Of a stretch of DNA of 64,000 nucleotides, positions 9,274 to 18,748 are shown in pieces. The position numbers were made by a program, and so were the translations under genes. Source of the stretch: an uncultured Opitutales bacterium (GTDB taxonomy: Bacteria; Verrucomicrobiota; Verrucomicrobiia; Opitutales; Intestinicryptomonadaceae); the NCBI GenBank assembly GCA_944391135.1, contig CALXSL010000010.1, positions 14,225 to 78,224 of the forward strand, written 5' to 3'. Within the stretch, counting starts at the first letter, position 1. Each line of letters begins with the position of its first letter. Under the pieces are notes generated by a model. The model was not told the DNA's origin, ran no database searches, and worked only from the letters and a program-made list of their open reading frames with translations.

Positions 9274-9606
9274 TCAGCTGAAAAGTTTGCCAACAATTTC
9301 GAAAACGCCCGCGGATACCCCGCCGCCAGCGGCGCTGCCGGCAACAATCCAAACAAACGATACGCGCAGGCGTTCCAGCTTGAGCTTTATGTCGTTTATA
9401 GTGCCGTTCTTTACAACGCATTCCGTATTTATGTGATTTTCGACGCTCTTGAGGCGCGCGTTTATGTCTGCCGTCTTTCCAAGAAGTCCGACAATTTTTT
9501 CGCCGCGTTCTCTGCCTTCCTGCCGCTGCGTGTCGAGACTCCGGCAGATGTTCTTCAAATCCGCCCGCAACCCCGCCATGAGTGACCTTAGTTCCTGTTC
9601 GCTCAT
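9274..9606 (-). CDS. coiled-coil protein with C-terminal TM anchor (lysis cassette, function unknown)
   Basis: Internal ATG 9606 forms an ATGA overlap with the upstream stop. 110 aa, ending in the hydrophobic segment VSFVWIVAGSAAGGGVSAGVF. Confidence 0.5.
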   Translation of the reverse strand: MSEQELRSLMAGLRADLKNICRSLDTQRQEGRERGEKIVGLLGKTADINARLKSVENHINTECVVKNGTINDIKLKLERLRVSFVWIVAGSAAGGGVSAGVFEIVGKLFS

Positions 9607-9872
9607 TGTTCCAAAAGGTTTAGATATTTGCGTTCTAGTTCGCGGTAGCGTTTGTCGCTGTGCCATGTCTCGCGCGTCTGCGCGGTGTAAATGCCGTCAA
9701 CGGTCTGAACGGACGCACCGGCCTCAATCGTCAGTACGTCCGGCTGGTAGATGTTTAAGGCGGGCGTGGAGTACTTCGATGCGCAGCCGCAAAGCGTCAG
9801 CGCGCTGGTTATTGTCATTGCCGCCAGAAGCGCGCAGCTCTTCGATTTCGTTTTGCAGACTGTCGATTTCAT
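9603..9872 (-). CDS. outer-membrane lipoprotein, o-spanin-like
   Basis: 89 aa with signal peptide plus lipobox LTLCGC. The gene starts inside the upstream i-spanin-like gene in another frame. Confidence 0.55.
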   Translation of the reverse strand: MKSTVCKTKSKSCALLAAMTITSALTLCGCASKYSTPALNIYQPDVLTIEAGASVQTVDGIYTAQTRETWHSDKRYRELERKYLNLLEQ

Positions 9873-9978
9873 CTTCGTATTCCCATCGTTTGGTTAGGGG
9901 CTGGTAATCAACCCATTTGCAGAATGCGCCCGCAGCGTTGGCGAGCGCCGTAAATAACGCCGTCAACGCCGCAAGCAT
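9724..9978 (-). CDS. i-spanin-like protein (N-terminal TM + coiled coil)
   Basis: 84 aa. MLAALTALFTALANAAGAF (TM), then a charged heptad-like region. It overlaps the lipoprotein gene by 149 nt. Confidence 0.5.
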   Translation of the reverse strand: MLAALTALFTALANAAGAFCKWVDYQPLTKRWEYEDEIDSLQNEIEELRASGGNDNNQRADALRLRIEVLHARLKHLPAGRTDD

Positions 9979-9980
9979 GC

Positions 9981-10196
9981 TTATTTTGCCTCCGTAACGG
10001 CTGTAGAAGCGCCGGAGCCGTCGTCGCCGTCCTTGAAGACTTTGACAGCCGCGCCCGTGTCGTTAAGCGCCTTGTCGAGGTCGATATTGGTGTCATCCTT
10101 GCCGTCGAAAACGGCGATTAGAATGCCGCCTATGACCGTGAGCAGTATGCCCGCGCCCCATGCCCATTTGTTCTTTTTGTTGATTTTGATTTCCAT
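9981..10196 (-). CDS. holin-like small membrane protein
   Basis: 71 aa with a single TM (WAWGAGILLTVIGGILIAVF) and a charged C-terminal tail, directly upstream of the spanin pair. Confidence 0.5.
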   Translation of the reverse strand: MEIKINKKNKWAWGAGILLTVIGGILIAVFDGKDDTNIDLDKALNDTGAAVKVFKDGDDGSGASTAVTEAK

Positions 10197-10199
10197 AAC

Positions 10200-10433
10200 T
10201 TACCCTTCGTTTGTGTTGAAAATTTTGTCTGCGACCGCCTGCACGGGCAGTTCCAGCCCCGCAAGTTCCGCGCCCGTGAGTTCTATGATGCTGTCTGGAG
10301 ACTGCGTGAAGCCGTCACGTTCGAGCATGTTGCCGTCCGCGTCGGTGATGTCGCAGACGACTGTTACTTTTTTTACGCGGCAGAATCTGCCGCCGCCCAT
10401 GTCTATGAGTCCGAGTGTGTCTTCTTGAGCCAT
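10200..10433 (-). CDS. hypothetical protein
   Basis: 77-aa ORF tightly packed between the fibre and holin-like genes. Confidence 0.45.
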   Translation of the reverse strand: MAQEDTLGLIDMGGGRFCRVKKVTVVCDITDADGNMLERDGFTQSPDSIIELTGAELAGLELPVQAVADKIFNTNEG

Positions 10434-10434
10434 A

Positions 10435-12453
10435 TTAAAGCCTTTCGATTGTTAAATAAGTTTCGATGCTTCCAGTGTAGGCCGCCGATGGCTGAACGCT
10501 GAACGCGCCTGAAGCCTCGCAAAGCCACGAGCCGATTTCAGTGAGCGTGTTCGCCGCGAGTTCCTTTGACTGTGCAGTATTCGCGCCCGCCTTGAAGCTG
10601 GCCGTTAGCGCGCCCGTAGCCTTGGCGTATGCCGTGACTTTGCTGTTCGCGGGAATTGCCGCATCGCCGCAGACATTTTGAAGCGTCGATGTTCCCGCCC
10701 AGCTTATTGTCTGCGAGCACCGCGCGGGATTGTTGTTTTTGGACGGCAGCACCGTGCCGCTCATGAGCGCGTGGTTGCCGTTGCCGCTTTTGTCGCGGAT
10801 TTGCGAGGCGTCGGCGGCGTCGGACAATGCGAGAACTGCGCCGTTGCGGCGAATTGTGAGTTGCGATATGTTCAACGTCGTGGTCGTGCTCGTCAGCATT
10901 ATGCCCAAATGGGTCAGCCGCTTGCTTGCCGCAAACGAATACTTTCCATTTGTAGGATTAATACTCCCAAATCGTTCGATATCCGCCGAAACGTAGGTTG
11001 CCGACGGAAGCAATCCTACCAAATAAGGATTTGTATCCGTAACAAGGATCAATTCTACAGTCTCTCCGGGGTCAATCGCGCCGGATAAAGGAAAAGTTAC
11101 ATATGCGACGCTTCCCGCATTTTTTACTATAGTCATGATGCCGTCGGCAACCGCGCAAGACGTTATCGTTGTGCTGTTGTACGAACCGAACAGGGACAAA
11201 TCGTAAAACACGCCTCCGCGCATAAACGCCGGACTCGGCTCTATGCCCGCCGCGTAGTCGGCCACCGTGTACGGCGCGCCTTCGGCTGTCATGTCGAAGT
11301 TGAAGATTTTGACGCGCGAAAGCGCATAGCCCGAGCCGTTGCCGACATAAAACGTGCGGGGCGTGGCAATTTCCGAAGCCGATATGCCAGTCCATGAGCC
11401 CGAAGAAAACGAAACAGCCAAGCCGTCAATGTACAACGAAAGTTTGTCCGTAACAATCACGACAACCGAGTGCAGCTTGCCGTCCAGTAGAGACGTGTCG
11501 TTGAAATACCCTTGGGAAAGAGTGCCTCCGCTTTCTGTGCGAAGCTGCACAACAGAAGTGTTGCCGTTATTTTTGGCAATGCAAATGCCCGCATTTGACG
11601 CATTGCCGAGCGCGTTGTTGCCCGCGTAAAGTGTGTAGTTGGCAATATCGCCTGTCTTCTGAAACATGAAGGCCATAGACAAAGGCAATGACGATATTGC
11701 TTTTGCAAGCGCGGCATTTCCGCCGTCGAATTGGAAGAACCCGACATTCGCCGCGCGCCTGCAAAGCGCGGCTAGGTCTGTTGCGTTTACAGCAGTTCCG
11801 GCGGCGGCTTCGGCGGCGGCGCGGTCTTGGGCAACCTGTTTCGCGGTGTTGTCGATTTGGGTTTTCGTGTTCTCCACCGAAGTTTTCATTTCGGAAACGG
11901 CGCTTTTGTCTTGGGCGGCCTGTTGGGCTGACGCATCGGCGGATGAAGCGGACGAGGCCGCCGCACTTGAGGAATTTCCTGCCGCCGTGGCCGAATCGGC
12001 GGCGGCTTCGGCGGCGGCTTGCGCCTGATTCTTTGCGTCCACAACTTCGTCGCGGAAATCCTCCGAGGGCTGGTATATGCCTGCGTAGCCGTTTTCGAGA
12101 AGTTCGAATTTTATCCCCTGCGCGGTTACGACGGTCTCGCCTTTCATTAACATTACCGTCATGAGATAGTAGCCCGCGTCTCCCGCCGTCTGAGTGCTGC
12201 CGAAAGACGCCTTTGTTATTGGGTCGGTGAAATCGGCGGCAAAAAGCGGCTGCGCGTCTTTGTCAACATCCCCTCCGGGCATTATGCGCTTGGCGAAGAC
12301 GCGCAGCTTGTCGGCATCGGTCGGCGGGATGTCGGTTCCGTTGCCCTTGAACGTAAAATTAAACACGACGGAGTCGCCGCGCCAGATTTTAAAACAGTTT
12401 CCGGGGTCGACGGGCTTGTAGACGTCAAGCGTCAATGGGATTGTCTTGTCCAT
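10435..12453 (-). CDS. tail fibre / receptor-binding protein with LamG(concanavalin)-like domain
   Basis: About 672 aa from ATG 12453 (or TTG 12474). Ala/Ser/Gln-rich coiled stalk (AQAAAEAAADSATAAGNSSSAAASS), then KLHSVVVIVTDKLSLYIDGLAV, typical of Laminin_G_3-type domains. Confidence 0.65.
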   Translation of the reverse strand: MDKTIPLTLDVYKPVDPGNCFKIWRGDSVVFNFTFKGNGTDIPPTDADKLRVFAKRIMPGGDVDKDAQPLFAADFTDPITKASFGSTQTAGDAGYYLMTVMLMKGETVVTAQGIKFELLENGYAGIYQPSEDFRDEVVDAKNQAQAAAEAAADSATAAGNSSSAAASSASSADASAQQAAQDKSAVSEMKTSVENTKTQIDNTAKQVAQDRAAAEAAAGTAVNATDLAALCRRAANVGFFQFDGGNAALAKAISSLPLSMAFMFQKTGDIANYTLYAGNNALGNASNAGICIAKNNGNTSVVQLRTESGGTLSQGYFNDTSLLDGKLHSVVVIVTDKLSLYIDGLAVSFSSGSWTGISASEIATPRTFYVGNGSGYALSRVKIFNFDMTAEGAPYTVADYAAGIEPSPAFMRGGVFYDLSLFGSYNSTTITSCAVADGIMTIVKNAGSVAYVTFPLSGAIDPGETVELILVTDTNPYLVGLLPSATYVSADIERFGSINPTNGKYSFAASKRLTHLGIMLTSTTTTLNISQLTIRRNGAVLALSDAADASQIRDKSGNGNHALMSGTVLPSKNNNPARCSQTISWAGTSTLQNVCGDAAIPANSKVTAYAKATGALTASFKAGANTAQSKELAANTLTEIGSWLCEASGAFSVQPSAAYTGSIETYLTIERL

Positions 12454-12470
12454 ATATATTGCCCCCTGCG

Positions 12471-12908
12471 TCAACCCGCATTCGGCATGGACTCCGCCCC
12501 AAGCGCTTCAGGAAGCCCGCAACCGCGCCCTGAAAGATACCAATAGATACGGGAAATGCGCCAGTCCCCCGCCCCGGAAGTTTCGGAATGGAATTTTTGG
12601 GCGGCAACACGCCGGCCATTGAAAACGCCTTCGATTTGCGCGTCCGAGGGGGACTCGTCTTGGGTCAAGTTCTGCGCTATGACAATCCTGATGCACCGCG
12701 TTTCGGCTGCAAGCGCTACCGAATAATGGCCGTTCGAAGGCTCAACATCGACAAGGGCACCGTATTCGTCGCAGATGACGGCAGGGAACGCGTTGCTCGG
12801 GCAGTTGATGACAAAAGACTTCAGCGCGGGATAGCGGCAAAGGCGCAGTACGGCTAGAATGTCGAAGCCGCGCCCGATAAGGAAATCTGCGAGGGCCTTC
12901 TTGGTCAT
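12471..12908 (-). CDS. hypothetical tail-associated protein
   Basis: Internal ATG 12908 of ORF 12471..13325 forms an ATGA overlap with the upstream stop. The Arg-rich upstream part of that ORF overlaps the 342-aa gene and looks spurious. Confidence 0.5.
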   Translation of the reverse strand: MTKKALADFLIGRGFDILAVLRLCRYPALKSFVINCPSNAFPAVICDEYGALVDVEPSNGHYSVALAAETRCIRIVIAQNLTQDESPSDAQIEGVFNGRRVAAQKFHSETSGAGDWRISRIYWYLSGRGCGLPEALGAESMPNAG

Positions 12909-13915
12909 TGTGAAAACACGAAAGGCGTTACTATCTGGTAAATATTGCCCATCCAGCGCGATATTGTGCTGTCGGCAAACTGGTAGGGCCTTTTGTTCCT
13001 TGTCCACTCCTGGTATTCGGTCACGGTCGGAGATGTGCTTGCGGTCAAAATGTTGTTCGGCGGCGCGACTTTCGTGCCGACAAGACTGATCAGCGGGTTT
13101 GTAATGGAATCCGACGGTATGTGGGCATAAGTATACTGGTTGAAGCCGTCGGCGTTCGCGGCGTACGGGTCTCGGTCGGCCACGGCTTGGATCAGCGTGG
13201 CGGTCGTTCCGGTTGTGCGGTGATTCCATTCGGAAAAGGTCGCCGACAGTATCTTCGACACTCCGCCGAATATGGTGCCGTAAACGATAACGTCGCCGGA
13301 TTTTTTGTGCCCTCCGGTCACCCAATACTCATATGAATATTTTACAGATATGCGCGCGCCGTCCTGCCAGCTGTCGGGGAAACCTGTCACCGTAAAATAT
13401 GGATTGCCCTCCGTAACTGTACAGGGCGATGTGGCTGAATTGCCCGTTCCCGCCCCCGAATATCCGAAGAATGTCACGCTCTGAACGGCTCGCTCGTTGC
13501 GGGGCTGCGGTATTGTCGCGTAAGTGCGCGTTACCCTCGCAATGCCGCCGCCCACGGGCTGCGGGGCGCCCTGCGACACCAAAATGGCCTTTGCCGCATT
13601 CGGCGGGAGGCTGACGGTCGCACCGTTGAGGGCTGCCAAATTTAGCGGAAGGTCGACGGGCCATGACGCACCCGACCCGAAATCGAAAGACGGGTCTTCG
13701 TATTTGAGGTCGAGGATTTCCGGCAGATTTATCTTGGAGTCGAGCTTAAGCGGCGTGTAATATTTGTCCTTTACGAGGTAGTCGCGCGAAATTGTCAGCG
13801 TAGTGGTGTCGCCGTAGTCGGCGAACGGAAAATCTATTTTTATGGGGCCGTCGGGCTGTCCCGAAGAGTACAGCGCCGGAATGTCCATGCGGTTGTAATA
13901 TGTCCTGTTAGCCAT
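12905..13915 (-). CDS. distal tail / baseplate-like protein (by position)
   Basis: About 336 aa immediately downstream of the tape measure gene. ATG 13915 overlaps the tape-measure stop by 8 nt. Confidence 0.5.
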   Translation of the reverse strand: MANRTYYNRMDIPALYSSGQPDGPIKIDFPFADYGDTTTLTISRDYLVKDKYYTPLKLDSKINLPEILDLKYEDPSFDFGSGASWPVDLPLNLAALNGATVSLPPNAAKAILVSQGAPQPVGGGIARVTRTYATIPQPRNERAVQSVTFFGYSGAGTGNSATSPCTVTEGNPYFTVTGFPDSWQDGARISVKYSYEYWVTGGHKKSGDVIVYGTIFGGVSKILSATFSEWNHRTTGTTATLIQAVADRDPYAANADGFNQYTYAHIPSDSITNPLISLVGTKVAPPNNILTASTSPTVTEYQEWTRNKRPYQFADSTISRWMGNIYQIVTPFVFSQ

Positions 13916-15755
13916 CTTTAAGCCCCCCGACAAGCTCTTCCATAAGTTCCTTAAGCTTCGTCGTGTTGTCCAGATTTTCCTTTAAAATTTCGGCCTGATC
14001 TTCCTTGGGATTTTGCGTCCCGAAACCCTCTTTGCTGTATTCTTCCTTGAGGCGGTTGTAGGTTTCCATGTCGCCCTTTTCGAGGGCGCGCGCGCCCTTG
14101 TCTTCGAGCATCCCCTTGCGGTCCTGAGCGGCGCCTTCGCGCAAGCCCTTTGCGCGGTCGCTGTATTTGAAATAGTCGTTCATGCGTCCGTCGGCGAGCG
14201 CCTCTTCGGCAAGCTTGTCGGCGTCTTCGGCGCGCCTCATTTTGCTGCCAACCTTGCCGCTCCCCTTTTCGCCCGCAAGCTTGAGCGTGGATTCCGTAGC
14301 CTCCTTGGCCTTGTCTGCAATCTCCTTGAAGATTCCCTTGCGCTCCTTATAAAGGTCTTGAAGCTCTTTTTCGGCGTTTTTGGCGTCGTCGCGGCGCTTC
14401 TGCATTTCGTCGTCGTGCTCCTTCTGGAGTTCGGCAATCTCTATGAGCTTGTCGGCGTACTTCTCCTGCGCGTCGGCCTGTTCCTGCAGCGATGATGCGG
14501 AAGACATTTCCTCGGATATTTCGGCAAGCTCCCTTTCAGCTTCGAGCATCTTCTTTTTGAAGCTCCAGCCCTGTTTTTCCAAATCGAGAATTTTCTTTTC
14601 GGCGGCGGAGATTTTGGCAACCGCCTTGGTGCGTTCTGCGTCCATCTCTTTTTTTACGGACTGTTCGAGCTGGAGGCGCTCGACCGTTTTCTGCGCGAGC
14701 TTGTTGTATTCTTTGGCATATTCGGCTGTGCCTTCGTCCAAATCGGCCATATCTTTTTTGATGGCGGAGATTTCGAGAAGCACGTTTTTGAGCTTGTCTT
14801 GTGCCGAAAGATTTTTGTTGAGGGCATCGGTAACGGTCTTTTGCGATTTCAAGATTGAATCATGGTATTCAATCTCCGCGGCCTGCGCTTTCTTGGCGGC
14901 CTCGGCCTGCGCGCGCTCGCGCTTCTTGATGTTTTCGAGCGCTTCCTTGTTTGCGCGCTGGACAGCCCTGTTAAGCTGGATTTCATGGAGCTTTTTGAAA
15001 TTGAACGTCAGCCCCGTTATGGAAAATTCCGCAGACTTTGCCATGTCGATCATCTGGCTGAAGCCCTTGACCGACCTTGCGCCGATTTTGCCCAGTGCGG
15101 CGGTGACATTGTTCAGCGCCTCGTTGAGTTCCGCCGCCGAACGGCTTGCGTCGTTGTAAACTTCGAAATCGGCTGCCTGGCTTTTGAGGGCGCTGCTGCC
15201 TTGTTCGAGAAGCCTCGCCATTTTCAGCGACGAGCCGCCGAAAAGGTCTGCCGCAACCTTTGCCGTTTCCGCGCCGGCGGCGTCCGCCTTGAAAGCGTCT
15301 GCGACGTCCATAAGAAGCTGTTCGGTTGTCTTGAAAGTTCCGTTGACGTCTTTGGCGCTTACGCCGAGCTTTTTGAGGGCGTCGGCTTCCGTGCCCGTGC
15401 CTGACGCGGCCGCGCCCATCTTTTCGGCAAAGGTCTTCATGGCGTCGTCGAATTCGGACATTTCCATGCCCGCGTCTTTGGCCTCTTCGCCCATGGCTTT
15501 GAGGGCGGCGGCAGACACGCCCAAATCTTTGGCCCTCTTGCCGAGCGCGTCGAGGTCGTTTATAAACTCCTTGGCCGCGCCTATGGTGAAAGCCCCGGCG
15601 ATCATGCCGCCAAGCCCCTTGAATGCGGCCGACATTGCCTTGCCGCTTTTTACGGCTTTGGCTTCCGTTTTTTGGATTTCCGAACGCGCCTCCTGCGCGC
15701 CCTTTGCAAATCCCTCCGTGCTCAAGCCGAGCTTGGCTTCAAGCTTCGATGCCAT
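13908..15755 (-). CDS. tail tape measure protein
   Basis: 615 aa, Ala/Lys/Glu-rich and long-helical. The N-terminal pattern (GLGGMIAGAFTIGAAKEF, LGVSAAALKAMG, LKKLGVSAKDV) is typical of TMPs. Confidence 0.8.
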   Translation of the reverse strand: MASKLEAKLGLSTEGFAKGAQEARSEIQKTEAKAVKSGKAMSAAFKGLGGMIAGAFTIGAAKEFINDLDALGKRAKDLGVSAAALKAMGEEAKDAGMEMSEFDDAMKTFAEKMGAAASGTGTEADALKKLGVSAKDVNGTFKTTEQLLMDVADAFKADAAGAETAKVAADLFGGSSLKMARLLEQGSSALKSQAADFEVYNDASRSAAELNEALNNVTAALGKIGARSVKGFSQMIDMAKSAEFSITGLTFNFKKLHEIQLNRAVQRANKEALENIKKRERAQAEAAKKAQAAEIEYHDSILKSQKTVTDALNKNLSAQDKLKNVLLEISAIKKDMADLDEGTAEYAKEYNKLAQKTVERLQLEQSVKKEMDAERTKAVAKISAAEKKILDLEKQGWSFKKKMLEAERELAEISEEMSSASSLQEQADAQEKYADKLIEIAELQKEHDDEMQKRRDDAKNAEKELQDLYKERKGIFKEIADKAKEATESTLKLAGEKGSGKVGSKMRRAEDADKLAEEALADGRMNDYFKYSDRAKGLREGAAQDRKGMLEDKGARALEKGDMETYNRLKEEYSKEGFGTQNPKEDQAEILKENLDNTTKLKELMEELVGGLKDG

Positions 15756-16368
15756 CTTTTTCCCTCCGTTTTCTCCTTAAAATTTCCGCGCCCGTCCAGT
15801 CGGTGAGCTGCCGCCACGAATATTCGGGGTTGGCGTGGGTGCGCCCCAAGTGCAGGTATGCAAAGACCCGCGGCAGTTCCATTGCGAGGATTTCGCCCTC
15901 CGTCCAACGGTAGCGCAATGCGAGTTCGGCCACTATGCGCGCGGCGTAGGCGTATTTTGGCGGCTTGCGTTTTTCGTGCTTTTCTTCCTCGGGGGCGGGC
16001 CACACGCCGGAGTCCAAAAACATGTCGTCGATGAAGTTTTCTGCGGCGCGGATGATTTCGGCGCCGCCGTATTTGGACGCGAGTTTTTTGGCGAACGCCG
16101 ACGCCTTGGCAGGGTCTGCACAGTAGCCCTCCGAACACAGCCAAAGCACCTGCATGGCGTGTTCGACGTCGGGAATGCCGCCGCGCATGTGCGGGTTGCC
16201 GAAAGCAAACAGCGTATTAACGTCGGAAAGCGTGAGCGCGCGAAGGTGCATGCCGAGAAATTCGTACTTGAATTTCAGGGGCAAAAACGACATGTGCCTG
16301 ATACGGCTCTGCCTGTTGACGGCGGCCGCCATCAGGCGCTCCTCGTCCGGCTGCATAGGCATTCCCAT
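15739..16368 (-). CDS. tail assembly chaperone (by position)
   Basis: 209-aa ORF between the putative tube gene and the tape measure gene, overlapping the TMP start by 17 nt. Confidence 0.4.
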   Translation of the reverse strand: MGMPMQPDEERLMAAAVNRQSRIRHMSFLPLKFKYEFLGMHLRALTLSDVNTLFAFGNPHMRGGIPDVEHAMQVLWLCSEGYCADPAKASAFAKKLASKYGGAEIIRAAENFIDDMFLDSGVWPAPEEEKHEKRKPPKYAYAARIVAELALRYRWTEGEILAMELPRVFAYLHLGRTHANPEYSWRQLTDWTGAEILRRKRREKDGIEA

Positions 16369-16386
16369 TGCTTCGGCGGGCGGGGA

Positions 16387-16752
16387 TTAATTGGATGCGG
16401 GGAACGTGGAAGCGTCGTCGCACTCAAGCGCGTAGGTTGTCTCGGTGCCCGCGCCGCCCGATACGGTGGGCTTGGCCACTATGACCCACTTATTGTCCTT
16501 GAACGTGAATTCCTCGTACTGCTGCGGGTCGGGGTCTTTGCCTTTGACCTTCCTGACAGTCAGCGAAAGCGTCGGCTTGCCGGTGACGTACCAAGAGCCG
16601 CGCACCACACCTTTAGAGTCGGTGGAGTCGTTCTTTACGTCGGTCGGGTTCTTCGACCAGCTGTCGACAATGTATTCGATTTCGCCGATGGTGACGTTTT
16701 CCGTTGATATGTCTATTTCGTGCGGGTTGTAGAAGTCCGGTATTTCGGGCAT
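16387..16752 (-). CDS. putative major tail tube protein
   Basis: ATG 16752 is preceded by AAGGAG at -8. 121 aa, beta-rich, positioned upstream of the chaperone/TMP genes. Confidence 0.4.
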   Translation of the reverse strand: MPEIPDFYNPHEIDISTENVTIGEIEYIVDSWSKNPTDVKNDSTDSKGVVRGSWYVTGKPTLSLTVRKVKGKDPDPQQYEEFTFKDNKWVIVAKPTVSGGAGTETTYALECDDASTFPASN

Positions 16753-16772
16753 GTCTTTGTCTCCTTTTCTTT

Positions 16773-17270
16773 TTAAGATACTGCATCCCACGCTTCGGGG
16801 CGTATGGCTGCGATGAACGAGTATGAAAGTTCGGAGCGGCTCGCCGACTCTTCTATGGAGTCGGAGCGACCGCTGAAATTTACCGGGCCGATGAGGTAGT
16901 CCTTCATGCCCGTGATTGCGCTGCTGCGGAAAAGCATGCCGCGCGTCATAAGGCCGCGCAGTTTTGCGACGGTCAAGTCCAAGTCGCGCTTGTCGCGGTT
17001 GCGGCGGCGCGAAGTGACGACGATGGAAAGCTGGCAGTCGAAGCGCCCCTGCTCCCTGTAGCCGCCCGTGAGCGGCGCGTTGCGGCTTTCGCCCTCGGCG
17101 CGCCCGGCGCCCTCGCTGAAAAAGATTGCGATGCTGTCCTCCTTGACGTCCTCCTTGTCGAAGGTGGACACAATCTGCCAGTCGAAATGCGCCTTGAAGT
17201 ATTCCTTGAAGGCGCTTTCGAAAAGCTCTCGCTGGTTGAACAGCTCTGTGAGGCGTTCGATGTCGGTCAT
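16773..17270 (-). CDS. head-tail connector / tail terminator-like protein (by position)
   Basis: Internal ATG 17270 forms an ATGA overlap with the upstream stop. The Arg/Pro-rich N-terminal extension of ORF 16773..17426 looks spurious. Confidence 0.45.
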   Translation of the reverse strand: MTDIERLTELFNQRELFESAFKEYFKAHFDWQIVSTFDKEDVKEDSIAIFFSEGAGRAEGESRNAPLTGGYREQGRFDCQLSIVVTSRRRNRDKRDLDLTVAKLRGLMTRGMLFRSSAITGMKDYLIGPVNFSGRSDSIEESASRSELSYSFIAAIRPEAWDAVS

Positions 17271-17602
17271 ATCTTTGAAAGTGTCAGGGTGAAGCATCCG
17301 TCGCCGTCGAGGCTCTGGACGTCGATTATGTCGAACTCTTCCGCCGCGCCGTCGGGGGACTTGCGGAAGATTGTGTCGCGCCCGGATTCGGGGGCGGCGT
17401 CGCCTGCGTCCAGGGCAATCATGCACTCGAGCGCGTCGGTGACGTTGAGCATGCCCGCAAGCTGCATCTGCCTTGAACGCGACGGAAGGGAGAAGCGGGC
17501 CTTGAGTTCCCTTCCCCTGAAAACGGCCGGCGACGGCCTGCGGGCGATGTTGTTAAGCACCCGCAGGCGCGCGATGTCGGACGGATATTCGGGAATGCCC
17601 AT
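17267..17602 (-). CDS. head-tail adaptor-like protein (by position)
   Basis: Internal ATG 17602 (MGIPEYPSD...) overlaps the upstream TAA by 1 nt (TAATG). 111 aa. Confidence 0.45.
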   Translation of the reverse strand: MGIPEYPSDIARLRVLNNIARRPSPAVFRGRELKARFSLPSRSRQMQLAGMLNVTDALECMIALDAGDAAPESGRDTIFRKSPDGAAEEFDIIDVQSLDGDGCFTLTLSKI

Positions 17603-17823
17603 TACTTGGAAGGCTTCTTCTTCGTCTTTTTTGCGGGCGCGGCGGGGGTTTCCCGTCTGCGCCTCATTACGATGCCGCCGCTCGACGACCAGAGGCGCGC
17701 CTCTTTCGTGCCGTCGGAGCGCAGCGCCTTGACAAATTCGCCGCGGGCGTTCGCGCCGGGGGCGACAAGGCTTATCTCGGCCTTGCCGTCCAGCGTTATG
17801 CGCTGTATTATGTGCTCCCTCAT
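17602..17823 (-). CDS. small head-associated protein
   Basis: 73-aa ORF directly after the capsid gene, with a Lys-rich tail. Confidence 0.4.
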   Translation of the reverse strand: MREHIIQRITLDGKAEISLVAPGANARGEFVKALRSDGTKEARLWSSSGGIVMRRRRETPAAPAKKTKKKPSK

Positions 17824-17826
17824 GGC

Positions 17827-18741
17827 TTAGCCTCCGACGCCCGCGCTGGTTACGAGGCGCTTGATGGCGTTCTTGTTTACGAGCGCGCGGCCGTAGTACA
17901 CTTCGAGCACCGTCTTGACGCGCTTGAGGTCGCTGTCGTACCAGCGGCGGTAGACGAAGGTAAGCCCCGTCTGCGGGTCGGGGATGTACTGGAGGTCTTC
18001 CACGAGCGCGGCAGCCTTCGGGTCGGCGGGCGCGCACGCCTTTGACGCAAGGGCGATTGCGCTGGGGTGAATTGCGTAGCCGACGAGGTTTTCGCTGTTG
18101 GCGGGAAGCTGCGCGGCCTCATAGACGTCGAACCCGTAGAGCTTGCCTATTGCGCCCTCGCGGATGACTTCGTCGCTTCCGAGGGCCGACGCGGTCTTGA
18201 GGGCGTCGTCGTTGAAGAGCGGTTCGGTCAGGCTGGAGTCGAGCACAAGGCCCCTAGGCATGAGAGGCCAGCTTGCATCGGTGCATATGCGGCGCAGCTT
18301 GTTGACTTCGGAGGCGTCGAAGGTGTCGAGCGCCACGGTTGTGCCGTCGTCGCCGACGAGCGCCTTGGTGACGAGGCTGTTGACGTCCTTGAACACCGCA
18401 AGCCCGAGAATCATGCCCATCTGTTCGAAGTAGCCCTCAAGGGCGTTTTCGGCCATCTCGGACATCTGCTTGTCGGTTATCGTGAGCGGCACGCCCTTGT
18501 TCTTGTCGAGGGCGACGTCGACGCCGGTGGAGTCGAACTCCTTGAAGGTGTAGCCCGTGCCGGCGACGAAGTCCTGCGCTTCGGTCTGGAGGTCTACAAA
18601 GGGAACCTTGATTTTGTCGCCGGGTTCAGAAACGCCCTCTTCGAATTTCGTCGAGATGATAGAGAGCGCAGGGAAGCCGCGCTTGAAGCCCTGTATGACT
18701 TTTTTGGCGGCGATTGTAAGCTGCAAGTTTGTAAGTGCCAT
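17827..18741 (-). CDS. major capsid protein
   Basis: 304 aa, immediately downstream of the protease/scaffold gene. Strong C-ending codon bias suggests high expression. Position is that of lambda E or the HK97 MCP. Confidence 0.7.
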   Translation of the reverse strand: MALTNLQLTIAAKKVIQGFKRGFPALSIISTKFEEGVSEPGDKIKVPFVDLQTEAQDFVAGTGYTFKEFDSTGVDVALDKNKGVPLTITDKQMSEMAENALEGYFEQMGMILGLAVFKDVNSLVTKALVGDDGTTVALDTFDASEVNKLRRICTDASWPLMPRGLVLDSSLTEPLFNDDALKTASALGSDEVIREGAIGKLYGFDVYEAAQLPANSENLVGYAIHPSAIALASKACAPADPKAAALVEDLQYIPDPQTGLTFVYRRWYDSDLKRVKTVLEVYYGRALVNKNAIKRLVTSAGVGG

Positions 18742-18748
18742 TGTTGCG

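Noticed and set aside
12909-13325. N-terminal 139 residues of ORF 12471..13325 (-).
   Set aside because: The sequence is Arg/His/Pro-rich and lies entirely inside the 342-aa tail gene in another frame. The internal ATG with an ATGA overlap gives a sensible 145-aa gene.
14013-15780. Plus-strand ORFs 14013..14495, 14380..15159, 14862..15404 and 15184..15780, antisense to the tape measure gene.
   Set aside because: These are typical GC-rich antisense frames (Ser/Ala/Leu/Phe-rich, no starts with RBS). The minus-strand TMP is strongly supported.
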